A stretch of DNA of 64,000 bases from an uncultured virus (IMG/VR IMGVR_UViG_3300042861_002374) (Varidnaviria > Bamfordvirae), in the IMG/VR virus record IMGVR_UViG_3300042861_002374; one strand, written 5' to 3'. The notes under the pieces are model-generated. The model was not told where the DNA came from. It saw only the letters and a list, made by a program, of their open reading frames with translations, and ran no database searches. A program made the translations under genes and the position numbers. Below, piece by piece: positions 1 through 9,915 of this stretch (its first letter is position 1; each line of letters begins with the position of its first letter).

Positions 1-666
1 TTTATCTAATACACGATAAATACCTTCTCTAATAGTTTTAATATCAATAGAAACAGAATCTATCTTTTCATATAATGTCTCCAGATCTATAGTAATCATT
101 AGTTTTTTATCTGATGAACCTCCGAAATTATGTATAAAAAAACATTCATAAGTATCATCTCTTCTAATACAACAAAGATAATTATTAAAAGTAATAGCAA
201 TCTTATATTTGAGGCTTTGTGTGCAAAATTTAAGACGACGTAATTGACGGAAAACTTCTCTTAGTTGTTTAATATCATCACTTTTATTATTGTCTTTTAA
301 CGATACAGGATGATTATATTTTTCTTCTAAATGATCAGCCAGATTGCCTTTACTACGTAATCCAGGACTTAAATCAATATCATCACATTCATACTCTTTG
401 TCCAAATCAAAATTATCTGGCTCTCCTGCATAATCACCTGGGATATGACCATCTTCTGTTACATCTATATATTTTACCTTGAATACATCATCTCCTAGCC
501 CAATCGCAATTTCATATTTGCTTGGTATATAAAGCATAAAGCTGTCTGCATTCTCTATGCTAAGAACTTCTATATAAACAATAAAACCATGCATGATGAA
601 AAATTTTTTGGGTATTAATCCTTTTCTAGTCAATAATTTTTCCAACTTATTAAATGATAAAGCCAT
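1..666 (-). CDS. Hypothetical protein, 3'-truncated by the window edge (not in the ORF track)
   Basis: ATG at 666-664 opens a frame that reads to position 1 (MALSFNKLEKLLTRKGLIPKKFFIMHGFIVYIEVL...IREGIYRVLDK); divergent from the 716 gene. Confidence 0.8.
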   Translation of the reverse strand, partial: MALSFNKLEKLLTRKGLIPKKFFIMHGFIVYIEVLSIENADSFMLYIPSKYEIAIGLGDDVFKVKYIDVTEDGHIPGDYAGEPDNFDLDKEYECDDIDLSPGLRSKGNLADHLEEKYNHPVSLKDNNKSDDIKQLREVFRQLRRLKFCTQSLKYKIAITFNNYLCCIRRDDTYECFFIHNFGGSSDKKLMITIDLETLYEKIDSVSIDIKTIREGIYRVLDK

Positions 667-715
667 TTTTAGTTCTAAGTTTATTAGTTTAAAACCATAT
701 TTAGAATTCTCTAAA

Positions 716-1066
716 ATGTCAATACAGTACCAACAAAATGCACCTTCAATGTCATTTCAAGCAGGTGATCCAATTTCCCAACTACCAGTTGATAAAAATC
801 CTCCTAATATTAATGAAATACATATAATAGATACTTTGTTTAAAAAACATCGCAAAACTATGGATGTTATTTTAGAAGAAGCAAAAGATGCTATAATAGT
901 CGGATTATTAATTATAGGTTTCTGCTTGCCACAAGTTGATAATATTATAAATAAAATTTTACCTATTAGCCAAAAATCTGTTTATTTTTTACTTGCAATA
1001 AAAGGTATATTAGCTTCTATAATCTATTGGTTTATTAAACATTTTTATCTTTCGCGTAAATCTTAA
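716..1066 (+). CDS. Small membrane protein with two C-terminal hydrophobic helices
   Basis: Track ORF 593..1066 overlaps the upstream minus-strand gene; AAAATG start at 716 (MSIQYQQ...) is more plausible; hydrophobic AIIVGLLIIGFCL and YFLLAIKGILASIIYWFI. Confidence 0.7.
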   Translation: MSIQYQQNAPSMSFQAGDPISQLPVDKNPPNINEIHIIDTLFKKHRKTMDVILEEAKDAIIVGLLIIGFCLPQVDNIINKILPISQKSVYFLLAIKGILASIIYWFIKHFYLSRKS

Positions 1067-1084
1067 TTATTCTATATATAATAA

Positions 1085-2653
1085 ATGAATAATAAAAAGA
1101 AATATATTATAGCTGGATGTATTATTATCGTATTTATAACTATTGGATTAATATTAGGTTTAACACATAAAGAAAGTGGATCAATTGGACAAGGAAGCAA
1201 AGGTGTGTTCACTGAAATTCCATTCATATATAAAGCAGATAAAAATACAATGCAACCTTGTGATGCAAATTCTCCTGATTTACTTTGCCCAACTGGGATA
1301 ACAACTTATGAAGATACATACGCAAAACATGGACTTTGGTACGTAGATCCGTTGAATGATCCTACAAAATCAATATGTCAATCTTTATACACAAAAACAT
1401 GTACTGCTGCTGATAAAACAAACTGTAATTTAGATCAAGGAGATCCACTTCTTAAAGGTAATGGAGATAAATATTCTGGCTGGTGCAATTATTATGGTAA
1501 TCAAGTAGAGAACCCTTTTAGTATTTGTTGTAATGTAGGAGATTATGCTCATGCTAAACCACAATGGAACTGGATTATTGGAACATGTAAAGGATATAAC
1601 TGTCAAAATCTAGATTATCATACAGACGCAAAAAATCACGGTACAGATCTAATTGTCAATTATGTTGGAGCATATCAATATGATCAGAAATCAGAAATTT
1701 GGGTATGTCAACAAGATAGTTCTTTTAATATGGATGGTAAACATAATCCACAAGATATAATGAAAGTTGATGAAAATTGGCTTCCCGGACCTTTACCCGG
1801 AGGAGCTAGTAATTGGGGATATGGTTATTACCCAGCCGGTCGTACTGGAGTTGGTGCTCCAGCTTTCGCATTTATCCTTTCAGTTGAAAAAATGTTTAAT
1901 GTAGCATGGTATATGTTAAACCAGGCTACATTAGATAGAGGACCTGCTAATAAAATGGGAGAAGTTATTTTACAAAAAATAGGTCTAAACCCAGAAGAAG
2001 CTGCTGGTGTTGTTGCAGCTAGTAACACTTGGCTATCTGCTCGTTCGGGTGAATGGGATATTCTTGAAACTACAATGCTTTCTAAAGATACAACTCAAAA
2101 CCCTGATTATCTTAATCTTTACTCAAACACAGCAACTAACCCAGGTTCTAATGGTATTTGCTTACATCATGGAAATGGAGATATATCGACCAAAGATGAA
2201 AACCAATCCGGTGGATGGTTTACCAAAAAATATTTTGTAGGTGATAATTATATAAATAACGAGTCTAATCCTCGTGTATTTTTTGTTGTTATGGATACAA
2301 ATGGAACTACAGTATTTCAGATTCCAACTTATGATGGTGCTCCTGAATATTGGAGAGGTATTGGTAGAAAAAGTGCATGGATGAACCTACCGGGTAAATT
2401 TACAGGATCTGATCCGGTAACTGGAGCTTGCTCAGATCCTACAAAATTTTGTGCTACTTTCATGCCTTCATGTGCCGCTAAGACACCAGATGATATAAAA
2501 ACATATAATTGTTCTGTTGCTGGGGCTGACGCAGGATGGTGCGGAAACTTTATCGCTAATAGTCTTGTAAGCACTCATAATGTTTGGGGTAATACAAAAG
2601 CTTTTGATGGTAAGGTAGAATGGACTAAAGAAATGCAAACATTGAATTCTTAA
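1085..2653 (+). CDS. Membrane-anchored Cys-rich protein with a GH16-like catalytic motif (putative beta-glucanase)
   Basis: N-terminal TM anchor; SGEWDILE matches the GH16 E-x-D-x-x-E motif; Trp/Gly/Cys-rich extracellular-type body. Confidence 0.55.
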   Translation: MNNKKKYIIAGCIIIVFITIGLILGLTHKESGSIGQGSKGVFTEIPFIYKADKNTMQPCDANSPDLLCPTGITTYEDTYAKHGLWYVDPLNDPTKSICQSLYTKTCTAADKTNCNLDQGDPLLKGNGDKYSGWCNYYGNQVENPFSICCNVGDYAHAKPQWNWIIGTCKGYNCQNLDYHTDAKNHGTDLIVNYVGAYQYDQKSEIWVCQQDSSFNMDGKHNPQDIMKVDENWLPGPLPGGASNWGYGYYPAGRTGVGAPAFAFILSVEKMFNVAWYMLNQATLDRGPANKMGEVILQKIGLNPEEAAGVVAASNTWLSARSGEWDILETTMLSKDTTQNPDYLNLYSNTATNPGSNGICLHHGNGDISTKDENQSGGWFTKKYFVGDNYINNESNPRVFFVVMDTNGTTVFQIPTYDGAPEYWRGIGRKSAWMNLPGKFTGSDPVTGACSDPTKFCATFMPSCAAKTPDDIKTYNCSVAGADAGWCGNFIANSLVSTHNVWGNTKAFDGKVEWTKEMQTLNS

Positions 2654-2700
2654 AAAATATTAGTTCTTATTATATAACATAAAAATGTTATATAAATTAT

Positions 2701-3162
2701 TTAACTGTTACAAAATTGTGAACCTTTACATCCACTATTAGCAGGACAAGATGGTAATTTATCAACCTTTGTATGATTTCCACAACTTTTTGAACAATAA
2801 AATCTCTTACCAGGAGGACTCTTATGAGAAGGATTAGAAGTATCTTCACAAAATACTGACTCATTACAACAACTAGTTTTCTCTCCACCTTGACAATTAT
2901 CATAAAAAACATCACCAATTTCCGTATAACAATTTGATCCAATCGGACCAGTCGGACCACCCGGACCAATTGGACCACTTGGTCCACTCGGACCAATACA
3001 TTTACCTGTGCTAGTGTCGCATGTTTGACCAGTAGAACAAATACCGCAATCTTTTTTGCGAAAATGTTTAACTATCAAATATGTTACTGCTCCTAAAGAA
3101 AGGCCTATTATTATTGATATCAGAACTGTAAGAAATATTTTTTGAGTTTCACTTAAAATCAT
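2701..3162 (-). CDS. Membrane-anchored Cys-rich protein with a short collagen-like G-P-x run
   Basis: N-terminal TM; GPSGPSGPIGPGGPTGPIG; Cys-rich modules on both sides. Confidence 0.75.
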   Translation of the reverse strand: MILSETQKIFLTVLISIIIGLSLGAVTYLIVKHFRKKDCGICSTGQTCDTSTGKCIGPSGPSGPIGPGGPTGPIGSNCYTEIGDVFYDNCQGGEKTSCCNESVFCEDTSNPSHKSPPGKRFYCSKSCGNHTKVDKLPSCPANSGCKGSQFCNS

Positions 3163-3181
3163 TTATTATAAGATAAACATA

Positions 3182-3562
3182 TTAGTTATTTCTAATTGTT
3201 TCTATATCTTTTTTATTTTTGTAAAAGTAAGAAAAAATACATATTGCTATAATAAATGTTACAATAAAAGTTGCTATGAACAACTTTTTATAGCTGAGTT
3301 TTTTTTCTGGGAGTTTTCCATCTATACTAATATCTTCCATAATAAACCACGGTTTCCAAAACAAAAGGAGAAGAAAAATTATTAAAGGAATAACACAGTA
3401 ATAAATTATACGTGATTTTAATATAGAACTAGAAAAAACACTTGTATTTTTTGCATCTGCAGACACTATTGTAGATGTAGATGTAGATGTAGATGTAATT
3501 GTAATTTGATTAACTTTTTCATGCAAACTTTTTATTGTTGCATCTATTTCATCGTCTTCCAT
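3182..3562 (-). CDS. Small two-TM membrane protein
   Basis: Two hydrophobic segments flanking KPWFIM...KKLSYKKL. Confidence 0.7.
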   Translation of the reverse strand: MEDDEIDATIKSLHEKVNQITITSTSTSTSTIVSADAKNTSVFSSSILKSRIIYYCVIPLIIFLLLLFWKPWFIMEDISIDGKLPEKKLSYKKLFIATFIVTFIIAICIFSYFYKNKKDIETIRNN

Positions 3563-3601
3563 TTATTTTAAGTTTAGAAATGCTTTTAGACATTATTTAA
3601 T

Positions 3602-6600
3602 TTATGTATTGTTTTTAATAATATTTTTAATCATTGGAAAAAATCCAAGTTCGTTAATAATCTTATTCTTTGCTTCTCTAATAGCTTCAATTCGCATAGA
3701 CCACCAATCTTCTTTAATGGCTTTTTCAATTATTCTTTTAGACTCTTCTATATCTTCTAAAGGAAGACGTACAAATGCATTAGGATTAATGTAATTTTCA
3801 AGATTTGGACATCCCCAATAGAAAGGTAAACATTCGCAAACTAGTGCCTCCCATATCTTTTCAGTTGCATAATTTTTTTCTAAATTGTTTTCCACTGACA
3901 AAACATACTTGTATTTTGAGTAAACATTGTACCTATTATCATTTGGCACTAGACCAATATAAGAGTCCAAATTATGGTAATTTTCTCTTCCATATATATC
4001 AATATTTCCCATTTCTTTTGTAAACGCAATCCGTAACTGATGCCCAACATCATTTGTTTTGTAACTTATAATAGTCGCAGCTTTGTCTTTTTTATCCGGA
4101 AGATTTTCTAAATCTTCATTAAAACTCCATTGTGCTGGATTCAAAAACTTTTTGTGTGAATTTACATGCAAGAACATTGAAGGATCAGGCTCAGCCCATA
4201 TACCCCATGTCTTCACACCCCAGTTTTTTGAGTTATCATTTACCCAAGGTTCCATCTGAAAAATTATGGTTTTTTGTGGATCATAAAATTCAGCTTCTGA
4301 AGGAAAATTTACAATAATATAATAGTCAGCCTTTTCTTCTGATGTCAGAACAAAATCACTCTGACTCATAAGTCCATACTCTTGTGCCATTTGTTCACAA
4401 GATTGCCAATTTCCAATAAGTTTTATCTTTGTTTTTACATTCACTTCATCTTTAGCCTTGACAGTATTTCTAACATATAATCCATCTTTATCTTTATCAT
4501 TAAAATATTGAGAAGGCTTGAGATTGTTTATATCAATTTTGCTTTTGAAAAAACCTAATGTATTGAACCCTACACATCCAGGTGTCTCGATAACTTTTTT
4601 CTTACATTCTTTTAATGATAATTTATCGGAAAAGAACAAATCATCATTTATATGATCAACTCCTTTAAAAAATGTAAATTCTTCAATATCATCATTTAAT
4701 GTTAACGAACTTAGATCTCTTTGTATATCAGTATCTACGTTCTTTCCTGGAAACTCATACCATTCCGAAAATACAATTTGAGGACGTATTTCTGTTTTCT
4801 TTAAATCATTACAAATTTTAACGATATAATCAATTCCATGCTTAATACCATTCTTTTCAATGTAATCTATTAAAATACTAGCACCTTTCTTGTTTATAGA
4901 ATATGCAAAACACGCTCCAATATTCAAATCATTTCGCATTTCCGAAATCTCCAGTTTATCTGATTCTTTAACATATATATCTTTAGTAGCTTCTCTATTT
5001 ACTTGAAACATATGATATCCTAGAAATAAGAAATCAAAAGTCTTAAAAAGATTGTTAGACTTTAAAGTTTCATACACACTCTTAAAATTAGAAGACAATG
5101 AAATATCATCCTCAAAAATAACATAATATTCAGCGAATGGATTATTTAAAAGTTCTTTCCACAAGTTGTAGTGTGAAAGAGCACACCCAATAAAACCAGA
5201 TCTGCTTCCAAAATCATTTCCTCTGAATAAATTACTCAGAAAATTTGTTACCTCTAGTTGTTTTCCATCTACTCCATCAACAAATTGGTAGTCTTCAAAC
5301 TGAATACTCTTAAAAAGATTTTTCATAGCTTCTTTTCGATCTTGTCTGCGCTTCAAATTAACAACTTTTATATTTGTATTCAGATTGTTGTTATTCACAT
5401 TGTTGTTATTCACAATCTTGTTATTCACATTGTTAAATTGATTTTCATTATTTAAGTCATAAGCGTTCTTTACAGTGTTGCTTTTAATTTCAGATGTTAA
5501 TCTACCTGTATGCATACAACACACTTGGTCAAAAAAAGCTGACTTATATCCAGCTCTTGTCCATTTGTCAGCGTAATCTCTCTCAAAAAATGTGTTTTCA
5601 CTATTATAATTTCCTAATTTCAAAATAGTGTCAACATCAATTATACTTGGTCTGAAGCTATAATGAGGCCAATAATGACAATTATTATAAGGAAAGTTAC
5701 CATTCTTATGTTCATGAACCACAAATCCTGGAAATATTGGAAGATAACCTCTTATATCTAAATTATCAACAGTTTCAGCATATGCACGGTTAAAAAGAAC
5801 TTGCTTGATATCCGTATTTAAATTTAACAGATTGATAGAATCCTTAACATAAGAACGCTTGATGTAAAATAAGAAATCATCTTCCAAATGAACCCAGTAC
5901 TTTGGTTTCATTTCAGCGAGCTTATTCCAAATAATATTCATGCTTTCGCGGTGACCTTTTTCTTCAGGTTTTTTCATGTAAAAATTCATAAAAGGATACT
6001 GCTTTCGCATCACCTTACGATCTTCTTTTGTAGAATTATCATCAACACAAAACCAATAATCAATGTCTCCAACATCATCCCAATGATTTAAAATAGAGTT
6101 AACGGTTTCAATAAATAAATCAAGACGCTTGCACGACGTTATAGATAAAAAAACTTTATTTTTATATTCAGGAATTTTAAGTTTAGAAGTTTTTGTAAGT
6201 TCCGTACGATTTTTCTTTAACAAAATCTTCCAAAGCACAGACATTTCTTTCAGTTCTGTACAAGTATGAATGTATGTGCTCAACATATAAAAAAGTTTAA
6301 GAGTATCTGGATCTTCATTCATTTCACTCACTAACAACTTCAAATTCTTAAAAGAAATGTCAATAAGAACTTTATCAGCTATATTATTCAAAATAATTTT
6401 CTTAACACACGAATAAGCCAACTTTTTGTTGTTACATTTTAAAGCGCTTATACTTGTGTTAAATTCAAAAATATCTCTGTAAAAGTCTCCGTACAAAAAT
6501 AGTTTATCTTGCGGGTTTTTATTATAATCTTTGTACTTTTCGTACAATAAAATAACTAACAAATGCATACCAGAGTCCTTTAACATTTCTACTGCGAATA

Positions 6601-7420
6601 TAATACCTTCCATTCGTTCTGGATCATTTTGTTCTGATTTTAAGAAATATTCAATCGCTTTTTGGAAATTTCCTTTACCCTGATATTGTTTCCCGAGCAT
6701 CAGGCATGAATAATACTTTTCCTGTGACCAATTATTCAACTTTTCTGCAACAAGAGTATACCATTCAATAGATTCATCATTTTTTCCACAATCTCTGAAA
6801 CTTTGAGCACAATAAAAAGCATATCTACCACTTAAAGATCCTGAAGTTTCCACCTCTTTTTGATAAGCAGCTTTTAAAACAAGAGCGTCTTTATAATATT
6901 TGTCTTTATCTAAACTGCGAGCACCAGATTTTCCTGACTCAATATAATAATTCCCTTCTATAATAAAATCTGTAGCATTTCCTGCTTCTAATGTTAAATA
7001 TTCATGTAAAACTCCTACAAATTTTGACTTTTTGTGTGCAGTAACTAATAGAGGTCGAAGATAAGTAAATCCACTTCCAAACTTCATCTTGTACATGTCA
7101 TGTGTTAGTTTTGGAATAATAACATTTCCGTGAATAGTATCATCGGCATCAAAAATAAAAATATAATCTGCTTTTTTGTATGCTCCCTGAAGCGCTAGAG
7201 TTCGATTATGTCCAAAATCAACCCACTCATGCTGTAGAAGTTCGCCAGGTATTCCTTCTTTTTTGAAAAACTCTTTTATAATTTCACGAGTATTATCTGA
7301 TGATCCTGTATCACAAATAACCCAATAAGAAAAATTAATTTGTTTTACAAGTCTTTCCAATGTTTCCCCAATTATGTGACCTTCGTTTTTAACGATCATA
7401 TTTAAGCATATCTTGCTCAT
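3602..7420 (-). CDS. Multidomain glycosyltransferase: GT2 + TPR-like + GT2-like + GT25 + GT10-like
   Basis: ICLNMIVKNE...DTGSSD...DFGHNRTLAL...DADD (GT2); FYCAQS TPR-like helices; TSCKRLDLF...VDDNS...HLEDD; VVNLKRRQDR...GCALSH...FEDD (GT25); YKYVLSVEN...YATEKIWEAL...PFYWG (GT10 fucosyltransferase signature). Confidence 0.88.
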   Translation of the reverse strand: MSKICLNMIVKNEGHIIGETLERLVKQINFSYWVICDTGSSDNTREIIKEFFKKEGIPGELLQHEWVDFGHNRTLALQGAYKKADYIFIFDADDTIHGNVIIPKLTHDMYKMKFGSGFTYLRPLLVTAHKKSKFVGVLHEYLTLEAGNATDFIIEGNYYIESGKSGARSLDKDKYYKDALVLKAAYQKEVETSGSLSGRYAFYCAQSFRDCGKNDESIEWYTLVAEKLNNWSQEKYYSCLMLGKQYQGKGNFQKAIEYFLKSEQNDPERMEGIIFAVEMLKDSGMHLLVILLYEKYKDYNKNPQDKLFLYGDFYRDIFEFNTSISALKCNNKKLAYSCVKKIILNNIADKVLIDISFKNLKLLVSEMNEDPDTLKLFYMLSTYIHTCTELKEMSVLWKILLKKNRTELTKTSKLKIPEYKNKVFLSITSCKRLDLFIETVNSILNHWDDVGDIDYWFCVDDNSTKEDRKVMRKQYPFMNFYMKKPEEKGHRESMNIIWNKLAEMKPKYWVHLEDDFLFYIKRSYVKDSINLLNLNTDIKQVLFNRAYAETVDNLDIRGYLPIFPGFVVHEHKNGNFPYNNCHYWPHYSFRPSIIDVDTILKLGNYNSENTFFERDYADKWTRAGYKSAFFDQVCCMHTGRLTSEIKSNTVKNAYDLNNENQFNNVNNKIVNNNNVNNNNLNTNIKVVNLKRRQDRKEAMKNLFKSIQFEDYQFVDGVDGKQLEVTNFLSNLFRGNDFGSRSGFIGCALSHYNLWKELLNNPFAEYYVIFEDDISLSSNFKSVYETLKSNNLFKTFDFLFLGYHMFQVNREATKDIYVKESDKLEISEMRNDLNIGACFAYSINKKGASILIDYIEKNGIKHGIDYIVKICNDLKKTEIRPQIVFSEWYEFPGKNVDTDIQRDLSSLTLNDDIEEFTFFKGVDHINDDLFFSDKLSLKECKKKVIETPGCVGFNTLGFFKSKIDINNLKPSQYFNDKDKDGLYVRNTVKAKDEVNVKTKIKLIGNWQSCEQMAQEYGLMSQSDFVLTSEEKADYYIIVNFPSEAEFYDPQKTIIFQMEPWVNDNSKNWGVKTWGIWAEPDPSMFLHVNSHKKFLNPAQWSFNEDLENLPDKKDKAATIISYKTNDVGHQLRIAFTKEMGNIDIYGRENYHNLDSYIGLVPNDNRYNVYSKYKYVLSVENNLEKNYATEKIWEALVCECLPFYWGCPNLENYINPNAFVRLPLEDIEESKRIIEKAIKEDWWSMRIEAIREAKNKIINELGFFPMIKNIIKNNT

Positions 7421-7560
7421 TTAATTCTTCATTATTTAGTTTTTAAGTAAATTTTAATCATAATTTGTCAAACAAAAGTACTAAAAATTTTTATTATTTA
7501 ATAAAAATTTACTTTTTATCTAGTATGGATTAAAAGTTTTACGTTTATTTTTAATTTTTC

Positions 7561-7655
7561 CAACACCCCCACGTCAAGCACCTGTTTCCGCTCTGATTTC
7601 CCTTTGTCAGAGAGTGATGACGTGAGATTAAAACAGTAAAAACCGCAGTGCTCTA
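7561..7655 (-). ncRNA. Candidate structured RNA (GC-rich, pseudoknot-capable) between two minus-strand genes
   Basis: About 48% GC island in AT-rich intergenic DNA with four complementary segment pairs; G-U wobbles work only on the minus strand. Confidence 0.45.
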
Positions 7656-7657
7656 AA

Positions 7658-8491
7658 TTACATTTGTTTATTTAATATTGACATTATTTTTTGGCGAATA
7701 GCTTGTGCACGAGGGCCTTTGTCTATCGCGTCCTTAGCATCTGCGGCATCCTTAGAATCCGCGTCCATTTTTTGTAATGCGTCTTCTACATTTTTATCTC
7801 GTTCAGCTTGTGCTGCTTGTAATAGATTTGCTTTTTCAGCAGCTGTGTGATTGGAAGACTTCTCAATCGATTCAACTGCCTCAGCATGTGCAGCATAAGC
7901 AGCCGCAATTGCACCAAGTGCCCTCTCTTTCGCTTTTGTATTAAATTTGTCTGGATTATCTTCCTTTGCTTTTTCTGCTGCTATTTTTGCGTCCTTTACA
8001 ACCTGGTCCCTTAATTTACCTTCGTCTTGGCCTGATAACTGAGCAGCGTTTTTTATATTTTCATTCTTCTTATCTGTCAAGAATTTTACAAGAGGGCCGA
8101 TGACTGTAGAAACAATTAAAGCACACAAACCTAAAATCAGGCTCATACCCAATGCACACTTAATACTTAAAAAACTACCTGTTTGTACTGGATTACCAGT
8201 CGTATTTGTACAACTAGCAGTTCCTCCTGTTGTTGTTGAACTTTTCCACGAACACCCTTTTAAGCCTCCACATACATCTTCAGAAGTACCAGTTGTGCAA
8301 TCATCTTGAGTTGTGAAACAATTAGATGTAAAACCAGTTAATATGTTGGCAAATGCCCCTAAAACGTCTCCGACACCTTGACCAATTCCACCACCTCCAG
8401 TTAAAAGTTTTACTCCACCAATTACAAAAATAACTACAATTATAAAAAATATAATTTTAACCCAGTTTTTTTTTAAAAATGATGAACCCAT
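7658..8491 (-). CDS. Membrane protein, possibly N-myristoylated
   Basis: MGSSF start, two hydrophobic segments around a Cys-containing loop, Ala-rich helical C-terminus. Confidence 0.7.
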   Translation of the reverse strand: MGSSFLKKNWVKIIFFIIVVIFVIGGVKLLTGGGGIGQGVGDVLGAFANILTGFTSNCFTTQDDCTTGTSEDVCGGLKGCSWKSSTTTGGTASCTNTTGNPVQTGSFLSIKCALGMSLILGLCALIVSTVIGPLVKFLTDKKNENIKNAAQLSGQDEGKLRDQVVKDAKIAAEKAKEDNPDKFNTKAKERALGAIAAAYAAHAEAVESIEKSSNHTAAEKANLLQAAQAERDKNVEDALQKMDADSKDAADAKDAIDKGPRAQAIRQKIMSILNKQM

Positions 8492-8555
8492 TTATTTACA
8501 AATAAGTAACTTTAAAAATATTATTTATTAAAATTATTATTAAATTATTATTAAA

Positions 8556-9746
8556 TTAACACGTTCCTTTACCTGCCTGATATCCCGATATTACACCAGA
8601 TGTAACTGCAGAAAAAGCACCAAAAATTAGTGGTATAGATGACCCTCCTGTCTCTGGAGCAGATAAAAACGCGGCTATACCAAGAAATGCTATTAGACCA
8701 GCCGCTATTCCATTCCCTGCGTTTGCTGGTTTACATCCAGGTGGTAATGGAGCGGCCGGATCGTCAGTTCCAGTTCTAATAAGTTTTACATAATAATCTT
8801 GACTCCCATCAGTTCCTCCTTTTATACCATTTAAAAACCCAATCCACCCGCCAGAGTTTGTACCAGATGGTGCCAACAAATGTTGAAAAGCTATTGCATC
8901 AACTGGCATACCATCTGTGCTAAATTTAGCACCGCAAAAATAAGTAACAAGAGGTGTATCTGGCATAATACCCATTCTAGCTAAAAAATTATCGGGACGA
9001 CCAGCATCCTCATCAGTTCCATTATCAAGAAACCACTTTGTGTAGGCTTTTCCGTCATCTAGAGTATAGCGAGGATGTAAAACATCATTTTTATCTGGCT
9101 CCATAACCCAGGCAGTTGCTCCAGGAGTACCATTTAACCATTCTAATATTAAACCTGACCAGGATGTTGTATCTGTGTTATCTGGATATAAACCGTAGAA
9201 TCCATCTTCGGTAGCTTTCAAATTATATGTATACCAAGTTTCTCCTTTAGGACCAGTTATAGCAGATGATTGTACATATACTAAAGGAATTTCTTCTTTA
9301 ATACCTTTTCCTCCTCTTATACTTGGTGTAGCTGGATTTGTAAACCATGCATCAAACAAATCGTCTTTGTCAGTTGAAGATAATTTTACTGTTTCACAAA
9401 AACTTTTTGGTGTTAATAAACCACGTTTTTTATTATTTTGTACATAAATTGTGTATGGAAAAAGTTGATCTATTACAAAACGTATTTGCTGTACATCTAA
9501 CTGATTTAATGGGGATGCAAAAAGTTTAGAAAGATAAAATAACGGGGTGCTGTAATTTGCACAAATTACTGTAAATAGATCAAATTGATGGTTATATTTG
9601 TCACCTCCGTTGGTTTTCCACCAATCAAAATTAGGTTTGTAGTTAATTCTAAGCATAACGTACGAAACTATTAACCACATTAAAAAAGATACTAAAAGTA
9701 TAACACATATTGCCCATCCTAAACCTATTTTATTTAAAAAGGCCAT
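8556..9746 (-). CDS. Membrane protein with N-terminal TM and C-terminal Gly/Ala-rich hydrophobic hairpin
   Basis: 396-aa ORF; GIAAGLIAFLGIAAFLSAPETGGSSIPLIFGAFSAV at the C-terminus. Confidence 0.7.
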   Translation of the reverse strand: MAFLNKIGLGWAICVILLVSFLMWLIVSYVMLRINYKPNFDWWKTNGGDKYNHQFDLFTVICANYSTPLFYLSKLFASPLNQLDVQQIRFVIDQLFPYTIYVQNNKKRGLLTPKSFCETVKLSSTDKDDLFDAWFTNPATPSIRGGKGIKEEIPLVYVQSSAITGPKGETWYTYNLKATEDGFYGLYPDNTDTTSWSGLILEWLNGTPGATAWVMEPDKNDVLHPRYTLDDGKAYTKWFLDNGTDEDAGRPDNFLARMGIMPDTPLVTYFCGAKFSTDGMPVDAIAFQHLLAPSGTNSGGWIGFLNGIKGGTDGSQDYYVKLIRTGTDDPAAPLPPGCKPANAGNGIAAGLIAFLGIAAFLSAPETGGSSIPLIFGAFSAVTSGVISGYQAGKGTC

Positions 9747-9870
9747 TTATTATTAAATAAAATAAATATAAAATTTTTATTCTACCGATCTATCACAATA
9801 AAAAAGAGTTTTATTAATAACATTAATTATAAGTAAATTTTATTCTCTAAAGTTTAGTTGATTCTAAAAA

Positions 9871-9878
9871 AAAATTGA
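9871..9878 (+). promoter_or_regulatory. AAAATTGA early-promoter-like motif
   Basis: Exact octamer known as the mimivirus early promoter, 38 nt upstream of the ATG at 9916. Confidence 0.7.
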
Positions 9879-9915
9879 AATTAAGTTTCATCTTTATTTA
9901 AATAGAAATAAAATC

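Noticed and set aside
593..715. N-terminal extension of the 157-aa ORF
   Set aside because: It overlaps the start of the opposite-strand gene at 666; the ATG at 716 fits better.
7561..7655. SECIS element, hammerhead ribozyme, C/D snoRNA or readthrough signal
   Set aside because: No correctly placed AUGA/GA quartet or CUGAnGA/GAAA core; box order is wrong for C/D; another in-frame stop follows within ten codons.
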